Assembly (NCBI GenBank): GCA_964016885.1
Contig: OZ024742.1
Location: forward strand, 125,736,001 to 125,800,000
Direction: 5' to 3'
Source of the DNA: Eledone cirrhosa
Taxonomy: Eukaryota
DNA: 64,000 nucleotides
Position numbers and translations under genes: made by a program. The notes under the pieces are model-generated. The model saw only the letters and a list, made by a program, of their open reading frames with translations. It was not told where the DNA came from and searched no databases. Positions 26,760-41,899 of the stretch are shown in pieces (positions within the stretch are counted from its first letter, which is position 1; each line of letters begins with the position of its first letter).

Positions 26760-27430
26760 TTGGACAATATCTATCTTATACTATTTATAGTGGTTGAAAT
26801 ATAACTGTCTCTGCTAAATGCACTGATTGGAATATACACAGTTTTTGCTATTCATACTAATTGAACTATACTATCTCTGATATTTACTCTGCCTGAACTA
26901 TAACTGTCTCTACTATTTACACGGGTTGAACTATAACTATGCCTGTTATTTATACAGTTTGAAATAATACTGTCTCTGCTATTTACTATGGTTGAACAAT
27001 AACTGTCTACTATTTCTACTATATACACTTGAACTATAACTGTTTCTGCCATTTACACTGGTTGTGCAATAACCTTTTACCATTTCACCGATTAAACTGT
27101 AACTAAGTCCCCTCTTTAAAGTAATTGGATTATACCTATTTCCCTTATTCAAATTGAATGAATTCATTCCTCTATCTGTTATCCGTCATTCGACTTCATG
27201 AAATATACTAGTTTCTATTATTTATAGAGCTTGAAACATACCTGTTTCCCCTATTTATACTGAATGAACTATACCATCTCCACTACCTAAAATGATTGAA
27301 ATATACTGATCTTCTTGCTTTAAAGTAATTGAATAATACCTCTTACCTCCATTTAAACCCAATGAACTATACCTATTCAAAGTGATTATATATGTTTCCT
27401 CTATTTAGACAGGATGAACTATGCTTGTCT
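26760..27430. repeat. Degenerate ~39-bp minisatellite
   Basis: Recurrent gttgaactataactgtctctactatttacac. Confidence 0.8.
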
Positions 27431-29167
27431 TAATAATGCGGCTTCCTGTGGTTTGTTTAATTAAAATGTTTATAGAATCTTTACTAGTAGACGGATTGTT
27501 CTGAACATTTACGTTTTTAGAGTAAAAGTTTACTTTTTATTGAATTATTCTTTGTAGTAGCCTGTATATTTATATTTTCTGGCTACGATACAATTACTTC
27601 TTAATTTGACAATAAACAAGACTATATTTTACAATTACTCTTATATTCGACTGAATTGATTTTCGTATGTCACTGTTATTTATTTTATCGATCCCAAAAG
27701 AATTTCGAATTAGATCCAAGACAGAAACAAACTAAATACTGCACAGTAAATAATATGATGCTTTATAATTTCTGTCGACTCATAACCGTTTATTATAAAG
27801 AATTTTTACATTGGCACAAAATCAAAAATTAGTGATTGATTCGAATCCTAGAACGTTGAAAGAGAAAGTATTTAAAGAGAAGGTTAGGCCGGTAGAAATG
27901 GAATTCAGAAGGCATCAAGAAGATACGAAATACTATAAATGTTCATTACTTCTCCCTTACAATGGTACGTGGCCAATAATTTGTAGGCGGGAATTTTATT
28001 GACTTAATAGAACCCAGTGCCCATTTTATCAACTCCTGATCGGATTTAAAGAACTTAATTAAATACTGCAAGATACTTTTCCACGCTCTACTCTTTTTGC
28101 CAAATCACTGTTCACAGGCGTCCATTTTCCTTCGCAAAAATATATAATACAAATAATAGTAAGTGTATGTTTCTACAAAGCGCAATGGGAGATGAGACTT
28201 TCAAACTTTCCCAATGGCATTTGTGGTTTAATTAAAGTGAATTTATGTCAATTGAGATTCAAACCTAGCAGTCATCTCTATTGGTTTGCCAATAGCTTAA
28301 CAATTCCTCAACGGTAATCACCTGTGAATACTATATTATTGATTATTTTTATGTAAACACAAGGTCACAAATTATTCGGAAAGAATAGGTAGATTATTTA
28401 ACAAGCTCTAAGTATATACTTATTTTATTGAATTAAAAAATATACGACAAAACCCAACAACCAAAATCTGGAATATAAAGAAATATATCTAAGCACTTGA
28501 AAGCAGTGGACCGGTGCTGTCAATTATATCGGGAATAGCATTGAATGTATTTCATGTTTGGAGTCCAGATTTCGTTGCCATATATACCAGGATTACCTGA
28601 TCCATGAACACTGGAGATTTTGATAAATGTATGGTTTACATAAGAAATCCCTTATAATCTATGTTGATTGCTGGTATGTGGAAATGATTAAAGATAAAAC
28701 TGATATTTTAATAACATATTTTTAGAATATAATTACATACATGTTCCTCATGTATGTAATTATGACATACAGGATTATATGTGTGAGTATCTTTGGGGAA
28801 ATAACTATTTACAAGGACAAATGTAGAGTTAGAACCCAGAACCTTGTGGTTGAAAGGCGAAACACTTATTGTAATAACATGACTTATGTTGGAAATGCAT
28901 TGTGTGTATGTGTACAGTTTAAAAGGTTACAGACGAGGATATACATATATGCATAAATATACTATACATGTTCCATAATATTATGGTTGATTTCTGTTTT
29001 ATTAATTGGTGGAAATATAGTACGTATATTATGTTTTTTAACCTTCTCTCGTGCACATTCTAATTTTGGTGTCTCAGTTTCAAAACTTGATTGCCGATCC
29101 CTGAAACATCTAGTATATGAACATTCTTAAGAGATCTGTTATTGGGTTCCTGTTACTATTTTCAGGT

Positions 29168-29720
29168 ACATCATCATCATCATTGCCACCACAGTCGATC
29201 ATTCCTGACAAAGTCACTTCACAATTCACGATTTTCCATTGCTCCTGGCTACTGCTTTCTACATAGGTTTGTATCCTCTGAAATTGATCGATGCAGGTTC
29301 GAACAGGTATTCCTCTACAGCATCTCCTGTGAGTTGATTCCCAATGTCCGGCAAATTGTAACTGCCTTTGAGCAAATGTAGTTGTTGTAGTGAGGCCAGT
29401 TTATGTTTCATACAACCCTAAGCATTTTAGTGTACGTACTATTTAGTATCTTCTCAAGTGCTTATGTCAGGGTCCATCTTATGTTTTGTACAACACTAAC
29501 TTAACAAATGCTCTGAAGAATGCTATTTTGATTTTTCTTGTAAGATCTGAAATACATATCCTTTCCATTTCTTTCATTGCACACCAGCCTATGTAATTTC
29601 GAATGTCAATTACCTTTTTTGATAAACTCATGCAACAGCCCAAATATAGAATTGAGTTTAGTATTCCACCATCTTCTTGATTTAGTGACATGTACTCAGT
29701 CTTGGTACATAGAGAGACTT
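29168..29720 (-). mobile_element. Decayed RTE-like LINE 3' fragment
   Basis: KIAFFRAFV..LY motif and (CAT)n tail. Related to 30790-31040 and 40720-40980. Confidence 0.6.
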
Positions 29721-30789
29721 AAATCTAGTTGATGAAATACTAAGTTAGTTCTACATAAAATTATAATTGTACGAATTTACGACAGAGTAATCGAGGTCAG
29801 TGAAAATTATTACTCTAGACTAGTGCTTTATTTATTTATTGGGTTCGGAGGACTGAAAAGTAAAGCTGACATTGGTGAGATTTGAACTCATAATACCAGG
29901 AACCAGAATAAATCCCGAATGATATTTCGTCCGACACTAATGATTCTGTCAATTCGCCGTTAGCAAGAATTCTATTATCAGTATAATACAACTAGTGGGT
30001 CGCAAACGGTGTTTTTACCTACGTTACCGCTACAATGTCGGTCTCTATACCTCTAAGCTCAGATACTGCATACCTGAGCTCACTCACCCCATTCATTTCT
30101 CTCTCCTTTTCTCCTAACATTGCCTCACTTCTCAGATTCTGCCACCATAAACTTTATCCACTTTTCCTGCCCAAACATGCTGCCATCTGTAATTCCCTCT
30201 CTTTAGATTTTGATCTTTTGTCTTTGATCCCGTATCTATCGGGGGAGTCATCGGAGCAACGGATTGACATACGGCGTTTCCTAGACATTTTAAGCCTGGT
30301 GGAACCCATCTTCTCTCAAGGTCTGAATACAGCAGATTTCTCCCAGAGAAGGATAAAGAATGAGAGAATGGAAGTAAGAAAGAAATATAGAGAAAGTGAC
30401 GACCCCAGTACTAGGACGGAACTATTTTATCGAAATCTAATGGAACAAAGGCAAAGTTGACCTCGGACGGATTTTAACTCAGAGAGTAAAGATTCGAGAC
30501 GAATACCGTATGGCATTCTAGCCGACATTCTAACCACTCTGCCAATTCGCCGCCTTCAGATGTCGATCTAAAGCGATTCAAATTCATCAGGAGACTTACA
30601 AATACTAATGACAGCGAAACTTTCTCTCATTCCACTAATTAATGATTTCTAATTTAGGCACGAAGTCAAACATTTTGAAGAGAGGGTTGTCGATTTTACC
30701 TACTCCATGTACTTTACTAGTACTTTATATTATTGATGCTTAGTCTTGTACAAAACATAAACTGGCCCCTACGTATTACAAATGAGACT

Positions 30790-31040
30790 TTTTACGAAAA
30801 CCTGCCAAAGATGACAACTATAATTTCTCAAAGACGGTTATGATTTGCAGGACATTGCAGGAGAAGTAAATGAAAAGTTATAGACAAGCTACTATTGTAG
30901 AAACCAATTCACCGGACACGCAGTCATCGATCAACTTTCAGCTGAAATAAATCTCAGTAAAGAGCAGTTACCAGGAACAATGGAAAATCGTGAATTGTGT
31001 AGAAACTTTATCAGGAATGTTCGACTGCAGTCGAAATGAT
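30790..31040 (+). mobile_element. Decayed RTE-like LINE 3' fragment
   Basis: FAGHCRRS..ETN motif, homologous to 40720-40980. Confidence 0.6.
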
Positions 31041-32074
31041 TGTGATTTTATCGTTTTCGGAAGGATGAAAGGCGAAATGGAGCTGAGCAAATTTTAAACC
31101 AGAATCTAATGAGTCAAAATTGAATGCCATACCACAAGCCATTCTGTTAGGCGCTTTAACGATTCTACCAATCCCACATCCTTATTTCAATAATTAATAA
31201 AATAGGGATTCATCGGACTTCTCCGGATCAGCAAAAGTAATACGCACACTTTTTACATATCAATAAGATTTAACTGTAATTTGACACGCGTTTTGTCGTT
31301 CATAATCCATGATTATCTTTAATGATGAGAATACATTGCCAAAACTGCATCACATGGAGAACACACAGTAGCAAAGTATTCGCAATAATGACTAAACAAT
31401 AAGTAGAGCATACCTTACCAACTCAGCCATCATATCTGAAGACTGACAAATTAATTGAAATCTCAAATCCACATCAAATTATTTCATTAGTTTCAACATT
31501 TTTTCAAAAGAAATTTTTCCAGATATTTTTTCATCACACCCTGAACTATAGCCATAAATATTTCAACTCGCTGTGTATAAACCGAGATAGTATAATGGCA
31601 TTTTTTCTAGGGGGACATATTGATTTATATTCTTCAGTTCTAATTATACGGTTGAATACTTTCAATTCTACTTTTTTTAAGTTTGGTCTGTAGTGTGAAA
31701 AATACAATTACATAATAGAATATTGCACATAAATTCCAATTTTCATTTTTTTTTAAATTAAAAGTATAAAAATATATTAATATCGAAAGTAATATCATTA
31801 TACTTTACATATTTGACATATTTATACAGATAGAAAATATTCTTTAGTTTAATGTTGGGGTTATAATAGGTACAATGTTAAACAAGTTCGTATAATAGTA
31901 GAAATGTTTAAATTTCCGTCGTTTTAATGATAGGGAATTATAACTATATTGTAATATATTTAAAATCTATGTGGCATGTGCCTGGAAGATCGAGCTAAAA
32001 TTTTACCGGAACACAGACTGGTGTCTACAATTTTGAGGGTAATTTTGGTTACGTTTTTTATTCCTGTCCTTCGA

Positions 32075-32358
32075 AACTAGTCTGACTGGAGCCCGGAGGC
32101 TCATCAGGCTGATCTTTATATCGGTTTCCGTGATCTTAAGTGACTGAGAATACAAGACTCCCCCTGGACAGGAAGCTAGTCCATCATAGGGTTAAACCCT
32201 CAGCTATTGATGTTATTCATTTTCAGCTGAGTATACAGGAGCAACGTGAAATAAAATGTTTTACTCAAGAACACAACACACATCTTAGTCTAGAAATCAA
32301 ACCCACGACATTTTGATCGTAAGTCCAACACACTTACCACCAGGCCATGTGCCTCCAC
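32075..32358 (-). mobile_element. tRNA-headed SINE with V-SINE-like central domain (family B)
   Basis: GGCACATGGCCTGGTGGTAAG head, GTGTTCTTGAGTAAAACA, and GATGGACTAGC..CTGTCCAGGGGGAGT. Confidence 0.7.
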
Positions 32359-34502
32359 TCTTCGAAATTTCCAAATATTATAAGCTTGGCGGATCCCATC
32401 CTTCACCAGGTCTGACCAGAGAAGATTTCTTTCAGAGAAGGCGGGAGATGAAGTGAGAAAGCAATATAGATGAAGAATCAACCCCTGACCTAGACATGTA
32501 CTTTTTGTTTTTGACTTCGAAAAGATGAAAGGCAATGTTGACCTCGGCGGGATTTGAACTCAGAGAGCAGAGAGAGGAGCAAATACCACAAAGCAGTCAA
32601 TCCCACGTTCTCACGAATCTGCTAATTCATTACCATAGCTGTAATACAAATAGTTCCTATTTATATTTAGATACACTTGAGAGTAACGTTTCTTAATCAT
32701 TGGCATAGCATTGTGCTGATCATGTAAATCATCGCCATTAAATATCATCTGCAGTTATGGTCTTCTCTCAGCAACTCTCGCTTTATGGAACGCTTTAGTA
32801 CTATACATGGTCAACTTCGTTTGTGTACATGTTGAGGATCTAACCTCATCCAATTTTTCCGGTAGGCGATAGTGAGGTTTGGTCTCAGAATACTAAGCTA
32901 AAACGCAATATTAAATTGGAAATGTACGAAGCGGATAGACTACTATAACGGCTCCACGCATGCCTATTTTAGACACTTAGATCGGTTATGGAAGAACACG
33001 TCGATCGTTCGTTTTTGTTTTGAACCGTTTTCGTTTTACATTTGAAAAGAGTGTCTTAGCCCTGAAATATCATGTTGAAATATACTGTGCAAATTATTAC
33101 TTTGTTCGTTTGTTTTTTTTGTCATCCTTTGCTTCTTATGTATTTCTACCACATTGTACCGGCTTTCTAAAACGCAATAAATTGTAAAAATAACCTTAAA
33201 GATCCGCCTCAGTTCCCTAGGCCTTTTGTCCGACGCTTCGACCAACATTCCAACACTATTCAGTTATCGACCATTCTGTACCGATCCTAATAACAATCTA
33301 ATGTTATTTGAATTCTTCCATGCTTTCAACTATCAATAAATCCTTACGAATCAGCTACACACAATGACTCATAATTGATATCTTAAATCAGTTGCAGACG
33401 CTCCATTTATTTTATTTCACTATCAAATATAATGTGATCATACTTTAATTGCAGTTTGATTAGAGGAATGATTAATAATCGCTTTATAATATATTCTAAT
33501 AAACGCTTCTCCGTCAGCTATAAAACAGTTAATTTCTGTGTTTAACTTTCAATTATAGGTAGCTGATATGGATAATTATATGAAATAATGAGCTAGATTC
33601 TCAACAATATTTTTTAGCATAATCCCGGTGATCATTTCTTAAAATATTTAAATCTTAGCGAATGACATTTTATTAATTATCATATTTTAAAGAGAAACAT
33701 TTTAGATTTTTAAAAATAACATTTGCTTCCGTTTAGCTTTCAGGCGAACGCACTGATTGTACAAAAGGTTTGTACAATCTTAATATTTCAGTGGAAATAC
33801 TTAATAATTTCGAGAACAGTAAGAGGGATGATTTAATCAACATTTGATAGCGTGACAATAAATCGTATTAAGCATGTGAGTGTCCTCTTAAATAATAACA
33901 TTTTCCGTTATTCTAAGTTCAATTATTTTCTCATTCAGTGAGGATTTCCGCTGACGTGATGATCATTCAGAGAACAAAAGCAACACTTTTTTTCAGAGCC
34001 ACTTTAAATATTGTTCTCTAAATCAAGAATGAATACTAACTTCGAAACGAGAAGGTAAAAGTTCATAGGCTTTTTGTAGCATATAAGCTCTTACTTGGCT
34101 TATCTCCATCATAACAGAAACGAAAATGTGCTCATGAGATTTGAATGTTTCCAGAGAATATATCTGCCTAAAGGGTTCTTTTTACAAAACAAAACAGAGG
34201 CTCGTGTGACTAATAAGAAAATTGTTTACAACATTGAATTACGACCACTATTCTTCGTTACCAACATGAGGCGAAATAGACACACTCAGTCGTTGACAGT
34301 TAAGTTTTCTTGTCTGAACCATACTATTTTCAAATTGCCCATGCATTCATGTCATACTCAGTACAGTAAGATCGAGTATATTTACTTAATTTAAAACGAA
34401 AGCTACGGAATAAATAGAGCAAAAGAAAACTGTTACTATCCAGTCGATAGATGTACTGGAAATAACAGCCAAATCTAATAAAATAAAATAAGGTACTAAA
34501 TA

Positions 34503-34740
34503 CATCATCATCATCATCATCATCATCATCACTGTTTTACGTCCGTTCTTCCATGCTACCATGGATTAGACTGGTTGTCCTGTTGTGGGCAGTGTCTGGT
34601 CGGCTGACCATGCCTTGCTCATACAGGAACTGATTTTGGCTTGATTTCTACAGCTGGATGCCCTTCCTAACACCAACCTCATTTACAGTGAGTGCTGGGT
34701 GCTTTTTCCGTGGCGCCTACACGTCTACTTTACAGTGTGA
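34503..34740 (-). mobile_element. 3' part of a SINE (family C) with RTE-derived tail and (GAT)n
   Basis: GGATGCCCTTCCTAAC motif on +. The tail catggaagaacggacgtaaaa-(gat)n matches the RTE end at about 13715-13765. Confidence 0.7.
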
Positions 34741-36056
34741 AGGTACATAAGGTACTAAATAGATAATGTACTAAATACATAAGGTTTTCAGTTCGCTCCT
34801 TCCGATACAGATTCTCCAATGGCTCTTAACAAAGTTTTCTTTTTAAATGCGTGGTTTTTGTTTCAAGCCTACTCTGTAAATGGAAAAATATTTATCTATC
34901 CCGCTATTTCTATAGAAGTGAAGTTAACGGTGCAACGTTTGTTTGTTCATATTCAAGTATCTAAGACGAAAAGGCTTTGTAATTCAACAATAAACTTCAA
35001 ATCCTCTGTGCGTATATGGGTGAGGTCAATCGATGTTAGGTTCATAAAATAGGATTTCATGTATTCAATATATAAATTTTATCATTTATTGTAGGGCTAT
35101 CCCAGTGATTCCTATAGATCATAATATTGGCTCTAGCACGAATTACAATGGAAATTTCATTTCGACCAATCATATTGGAGATGAATTGAAATAGCTTAAA
35201 AGTTTCTATTATTTCATTCTTTATTGACTTCTTTCCGAGCTGAAATTTCACCATAGATAGATATCGGTGATGTTTTTAAATTGAGAGTTGAAATATAAAT
35301 GGTTAATGGAAATTCGTTGAGTTTTATTCGAATGAACGCGCTGTATCTATACAATTAGAATCAAATATCATAAGCGCATTACTCTAGAGAAGTATATAGC
35401 ACGTACCATACAGATTGGGTATCACAGTAAACTCTTGACCGAACAAATTTGTGGGGAAATGAAACGTTCTCGATAGTGATGATAGTAATTATTTTAACAA
35501 TACAAAATGACATCAACAATAATAACAAAACAACAATGAAATAACAACAACAACAACAACAATAATAATAATAATAATAATGATAATAATAATAATATAT
35601 CTGCAGAATGTGTAGATATATTTGTAGTTCGGTTTACGTGATTCCCTAACTCGTATGAAACCAATTCTATTTAATTCACTCCATCTTTCATAGCCCCATT
35701 ACATCCATTAGATGTCAGGCAAAAACCAATATTTAATCCAAAAAGTTATTCCTTTGTAACTAAAGAAGATACTTTGCTCTTTCGATTGAGCTGTTTATCA
35801 GATCGTTTAAGATTATAGACACTAGAGAGAAAATTTGTTTGGCAAAAAAAGGAAAAAATGAAATCATTATAAAATAAAATGCAATAGTTTAATCACTGCA
35901 ATAGTTCGCGTGACAAACACGCAAAAGAAATATAGTTAAAAAGACTACGCTTGAGTGAGAAAAAGCAAAGATACGTGACCAACAAGAAGAGAAGTGAGAT
36001 GAGGAAAATATGCAAAGTTAGTTGATTGGTCAGTAGGCGTGTGTGTTTGTACGTAT

Positions 36057-36230
<174 letters not shown>

Positions 36231-37176
36231 TTGTATGCATGTGTACATATGTGAGTGTCTGTGTGTGATAGATTTTACGTGTTTGGTTAAGTGATATGAA
36301 AAAAAGAAAGAAGACAAGTAATGGATGGAACAAAGTGGGATACATTTTAAAGGAATGAAGCATAATATATTGATTATAGAAGTAGTAATATTGTTGACTG
36401 AAAGAAATCTTAACACTGCTAAAGATGAGACGTGGAATAAAAGTTAGCATTAATAAACGAAGCAAGTTAAATAGAATGAGGGAGAGTGTGTGAGACAGAG
36501 AAATTGAGAGAATATATGACAGTATTTAAATATTATTTCTGAGAATTCTAACTTAAGATGACAAGTATTTCTTAGAGGTAATGGAAATATCACTGTGGTT
36601 TTAGATGTTATTTTTTTTAATTCAAAGTATGCAACATCATAAAATATTATGCTAATGGAAAGACGGATGTGTAATGTGTACATTAATGTGCATTCTGTCT
36701 CCGTTTCTACTCACAATCATCTAACAAAGCTGTAAAAGACTTTCAATGAAAATCCGGCACAAGAGTAAATTACTTCATAATTATCTAATTAAGGATCTTA
36801 TAATGTAATGAGGATATGAAGTGATGAGACTAAAATTAGACATCACACAAAGCAACGCTAATTAATACTTGTATAAATATATTGAGTATCGTTTTCCATA
36901 TTATTTTATAAGTTAGTATTTTCATAGCTTGTACATTCTGTCAGAAGACATTTGCTTTTCAAAGAAAAAGAAACTGCTATGCTGAAGATTCTCCCTTGGG
37001 TAAGGCCTATGTTTTGCAGGAGGTTACAATTTTATAAAGAAGTATTGCTGTTAAAAAGTAATGTTTTGACATCAATACATTCAAGGTAGTTATTTTACTA
37101 ACTTAGTGGAATTTGGACCGATAACTTAAGACGGTGTAACTAAATGATTCACTGGCATAAGATCACTTATAGTTTA

Positions 37177-37834
37177 TCTATATACTACTAAAACTCTGTG
37201 ATGCTTGATTGCTTCTCTGTAATGTAATACATCCAGAAGGGCGCATAATGGGAAAATACTTTGAAAAGAAATTGCCCCTGAAATAGGGATACAAATGGAA
37301 TAAAACAAGTTTCGCGTAAATCGGAACACAGGTTACCGAGATATGGAGTTTTTCCGTGTACCTTCATAAACAGAGACAGAGAGAAAGATAGAGAGAATTA
37401 GATATTGGTTGTGAGAGATTAGATTGAAATAGAGACAGAGAGAGAGGGAGAGGAGACAGAGAAGTAGAATGGAAGAGAGAGAGATGGTGGTGTTGGTGTG
37501 TATATATGTATATATATATATATGAGTGTGTTTATTTATATATATATGTGTGTGTGTGAATGTGGGTGTGTGTCTATGACCAGTGTATATAGATCACAGA
37601 CACCCACATGTATATATATATATATATATATATACACGCACATACATATTTATATATATACATACACACACATTTATATATATACATACACACATATATA
37701 TGGGCCTTCCAGTTTCATTTCACATTATATATATGTCTATGTATATTTTAATTATTTAAAAATTATTTTTAAGTGGACATAATTTTTTTAAGTATTTTAA
37801 GTGAACGTGACCAAACGGGTCACAGGTGGTCTAG
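37177..37834 (+). mobile_element. Non-autonomous Helitron
   Basis: 5' end A|TCTATATACTACTAAAA. 3' hairpin GTGACC-aaacg-GGTCAC followed by CTAG|T. No TSD. Confidence 0.7.
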
Positions 37835-37852
37835 TTACTTGTAAAAGTAGAG

Positions 37853-38420
37853 TGGTAGATTGGCAGTATCTACAGAACATGGGATAAAATGCTTTGTGGT
37901 ATTTAATTGCAACTCTCCGCGTTCCGTGTTGAAATCTTACCGAGATCAGCTTTGTCTTTCATTTTTCTGGGGTTGATAAAATACCAATTAAGTACTGGAG
38001 TGGATATAATCAATCTTTCCTTTTCCCACAATTTGCTAATCGTGTGCCAATATTAGAAAGAATTATAACTTTTAGTGGTTTATGTGGAGTAGCAGAAATG
38101 GTAGATCAATAAAGAAAACGTCTTGCTATGGTTAGTTTTGTTACGGTTCTGAGTACAAATTCTGCGAATGTCAGCATTACATTTCATCCAGCTGAATTTG
38201 AGAAAATAAAGAACAGTATTCTACAGGAGTCGCTTCTATTGGCTATATATCGTCTCTTATAAATTGTATTCTTGTATCTACCAGAAACCATTACAAGCAC
38301 GTGTGTTTGATGGCAGAATCAATGAGGTACCGAACAAATTACATGTGTTATTTACGTTTGTCCTGAGTTCAAATGCTACTGGGAATGGATTTATTTTTAT
38401 CCTTCCGGGAATTGATAAAA
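37853..38420 (+). mobile_element. Cluster of three diverged SINE family A copies
   Basis: Repeated TGGCAG head, GTTCAAAT-like B-box and CATCC..GATAAA core. Confidence 0.6.
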
Positions 38421-39039
38421 TCATCAGGTTGTTTTATTCGGCTATACTCCACCATTGTCGAAATTTACTGCTATGGACCAATGTAAGATTTTTTTAAAGA
38501 TTAGTAATGAAGAAAATAAACAACACCATAGAAGATGCGTTGGCAGAAATACTGCAGAAATTTACAATATTTTGCTGAATTCAAATACCGATTTATGCCA
38601 ATCTTGACTTTCATATGAATAAAATAATTATCAGTAATGTACTTGGAACGGTCTCTGTTCCATTTCATTGTCAAAATAAATCGATTGTGTTGTAATTTAG
38701 TATATTCCTTCAAATTGTTCTAGTTTTTATGTATTCGTCTTTTTCCGCTGTGTACTCTACCACAGATAGCTTATTGAAGTTTTATAATCTTATATTTGTT
38801 TTTATACCACACTGACACGGTTTACTTGCTACAGCGCTCTACAATCACATCGATTTACAATATCGTCTTAGAAGAGCTCATTTCTAAAGTATCTTGGGTA
38901 TGTTATGGTCCCATAACACCTGATGGAATCGCAGGGGTGACGTAGTACGGTGTTTCTTGGGCATTTTAAGCCTGGCGGAAACCATCTCCTCTCCAGTAGT
39001 AGGGAGAAGGCTGACCTGATATACACCTTAGCACAACAT

Positions 39040-39985
39040 AATTACCACTGCAGCATTTTATAACTGCACATTAATACATCACCTTACCACAACACAACTA
39101 TAGTACATTATTATAGTACATTCCTATAGTACATTAGCACAATGACCACATAGTACAATTTCTACAACACATTAATAAATTCGGGATTACTATAATATAT
39201 TTCTATAATACATTGCTATAGTATATTATTTCTACAGTTATTAATTGATACTGTACATTGCTATAGTATATTATTTCTACAGTTATTAATTGATACTGTA
39301 CATTGCTATACTATCACAGCAACTTACCACATCACATTTCTATAATATATTGTTATAGTATATTATCACTACAGTTAATTGCTACTGTATATTGTTATAT
39401 AATACAATCACAGCAACTTACCACATCACATTTCTATAATACATTACTATAGTGCAGAAATTATAGTACATTGCAACCGCGCAATTATACAGCACTTTCG
39501 AAATTATATTTGATGAGAGGGGAAAGTCGATTAAATCAACTTCAGTGAGTTACTGGTACTTTATTTTATCGACCTTGTAAGGATGAAAGGCAAAGCTAAC
39601 CTCAACAACATTTGAACTCAGAATGTAAAGGTCCGTAACTATATGCCACAAATCATGTTGTTCGATGCTCTACTGATTCTAACAATCCACCATCGTCACT
39701 AGTACATTAGTATAGTACATTACAATAGTATATTAGCTCACTTAATTGCTATAGTACACTGCTACAATATATTACTATAGTGCATTAGTACAGTTAATTG
39801 CTACAGTACCTTACCAAAACAAATTGTTGTAATACATTAGTAGAGTTAATTGTTACCCTATATTGTAACAGCACCAAACAGCGTTACTACAACACCTTAC
39901 AATAAGGCCACCACAGATATTTCCACAGTAGTGTAGCACAGCAGACTAGCACTTCTTACTGCAGTGCATTGCTACATTACATTAT
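39040..39985. repeat. Degenerate tandem repeat (tacattgctatag-like) interrupted by a SINE A at 39515-39694 (-)
   Basis: Seen directly. Includes an exact 48-bp tandem near 39209-39310. Confidence 0.75.
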
Positions 39986-40138
39986 TCTAATTCATCCCCA
40001 CAAGCTAAACACAAAAGTTATCAAACTTGAATTACAGCATCCCTCTCTCTCTACGCCCACCTATCTCACTCCTTCTCTCGTCCTCCCTATTTCTCTCGTT
40101 TTCTCTCCTTCCCACTCTCTCCCTCCATCCCTCTCTCG

Positions 40139-40170
<32 letters not shown>

Positions 40171-40249
40171 TCTTGTTCATTCCCATTTTATCATTCAAGT
40201 TCACCATCTCTCTCTACAACTGTTTTTTTTTATTATTTTCTCTTTTATT

Positions 40250-40606
40250 ACGGCCCTTTACGTTCCGGGTTAAAATCCCGCTGGGGTTAGCTTTGCCTTT
40301 CATATTCACGGGGTCGATAAAAGGAAATACTAGTAACGCATTGGGGTTGATTTAACCGACTTTCCCCACTCCCTTTAAATTACTGGCATTGGTAGTGAGG
40401 AAGTGAATTGGCAGAACCTATAGGACATGACAAAATACTTTTCAGCATTCTCTACATTCTAAGTTCAAATATTGCCAGGGTTACGTTTGCCATTCATCCT
40501 TCTGCGATCGATAAAATAAACTACAAGTCAAGCAGTGGGGTTGATATAATCGAATTTCTTTTATTACCCCAAATTATCATTCTTGTGCCAAACTCTGAAA
40601 TCATTA
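40250..40606 (+). mobile_element. Two adjacent SINE family A copies
   Basis: Core GCCTTTCAT..GGGGTCGATAAAA and a diverged second copy. Confidence 0.7.
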
Positions 40607-40719
40607 TTTCCTCTCTTGATATATTGGCATCACAGATTTACCAGAATAATAAAACCTACTGAGATTCTCTTCCTCTTGTCGGCTCATGTTTTCCATGCAA
40701 ACACCAACATAGAAAAATT

Positions 40720-40980
40720 CATCATCATAATTGCTACCACAGTCAAACATTCCTGATAAAATCTCTCCATAATTTACAATTGTCCATTGCTCCTGGTTAC
40801 TGCTCCCTATTGTGGTTTGTATCGTCTGAGAGTTGATCGACGAAGGTACTATCAGGTCTTTCTCTATCCTATCTCCCGTGAGTTGGTTCCCATAATAGTG
40901 GCTTGTGTATAACTTCCTGCTTACTTCTCCGGCAATGTCCTGCAAGTCATAATCATCTTTGAGCAAATGTAGTTGTTATC
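40720..40980 (-). mobile_element. Decayed RTE-like LINE 3' fragment
   Basis: AGHCRRSKQEVIHKPLLWEPTHG. Confidence 0.65.
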
Positions 40981-41794
40981 TTGGTCAATTTTCTGTATAA
41001 TCTTTCATTTGAAAATCTATAAGCTCAATATCAAGTATAATGATCTAACCAATCATGTACTGAAAATATTATAAATAACACCTGGCCTCCTTTCCCAAAT
41101 TAAAAATAAGCTAAAGAAAATGATCAGTAATCAGTTAAATGGTAATATAATTTTCATATGGAATATTTTTAGATTATATCGAATCTAACCAAAAAGTGAG
41201 GATTTAGATATACAGAAAAATATATTCTCAATTACATTTATGATCAGTTAAGCACACCTCAGAATTTCTGATATGAAACGAAATCCTGTTGAGCTTCTTT
41301 GGGAGGACGTGATTTCATTGAAAAATTATGGTAATTTTGACATATTAACTGACAGTGTCAGAACAGGTGATAAAGATTCAGAGAAAAGAGATACGCAATT
41401 CAATAATGATATTCTTTTCTTTCTTTCTTATATCTTTAGAAAAGTAATAAGAAAAAGATTATTATATTTTTTTTTTTTTGATCCGTTGATCATCAAATAA
41501 GATGATATTTTCAGTAAATGTCAGCTATAAAAAATCTCCAAATCGATCAACAATCTGCTAAATTACACACGTTTCCGCACCACAATAACCTTATCTAAGT
41601 GTCCCTCTCCATTAATCTAGGAGAATTTGCGAAGGCCAAGGAGACAACCCTCTTCCAAGACTAAATTAGAAAAATGTTAATGAAATTTAGATGTATTGAT
41701 TAACCACCTTCCAGCACTAATCTAATAATATTCCAATGACCAAAATCGAAGCAGAATACACGAAACTAGTAAATATTACAAGTAGTAGTAGTAT

Positions 41795-41845
<51 letters not shown>

Positions 41846-41899
41846 CAAGCAGCAGCTGGTCACGTGGATAAGTGGTAAGTGGAATCCTAGCAGCACAAA

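Noticed and set aside
34819-35194. Signal-peptide-like ORF MALNKVFFLNAWF and a possible downstream exon
   Set aside because: No recognisable domain or consistent splice chain. Expected by chance in AT-rich DNA.
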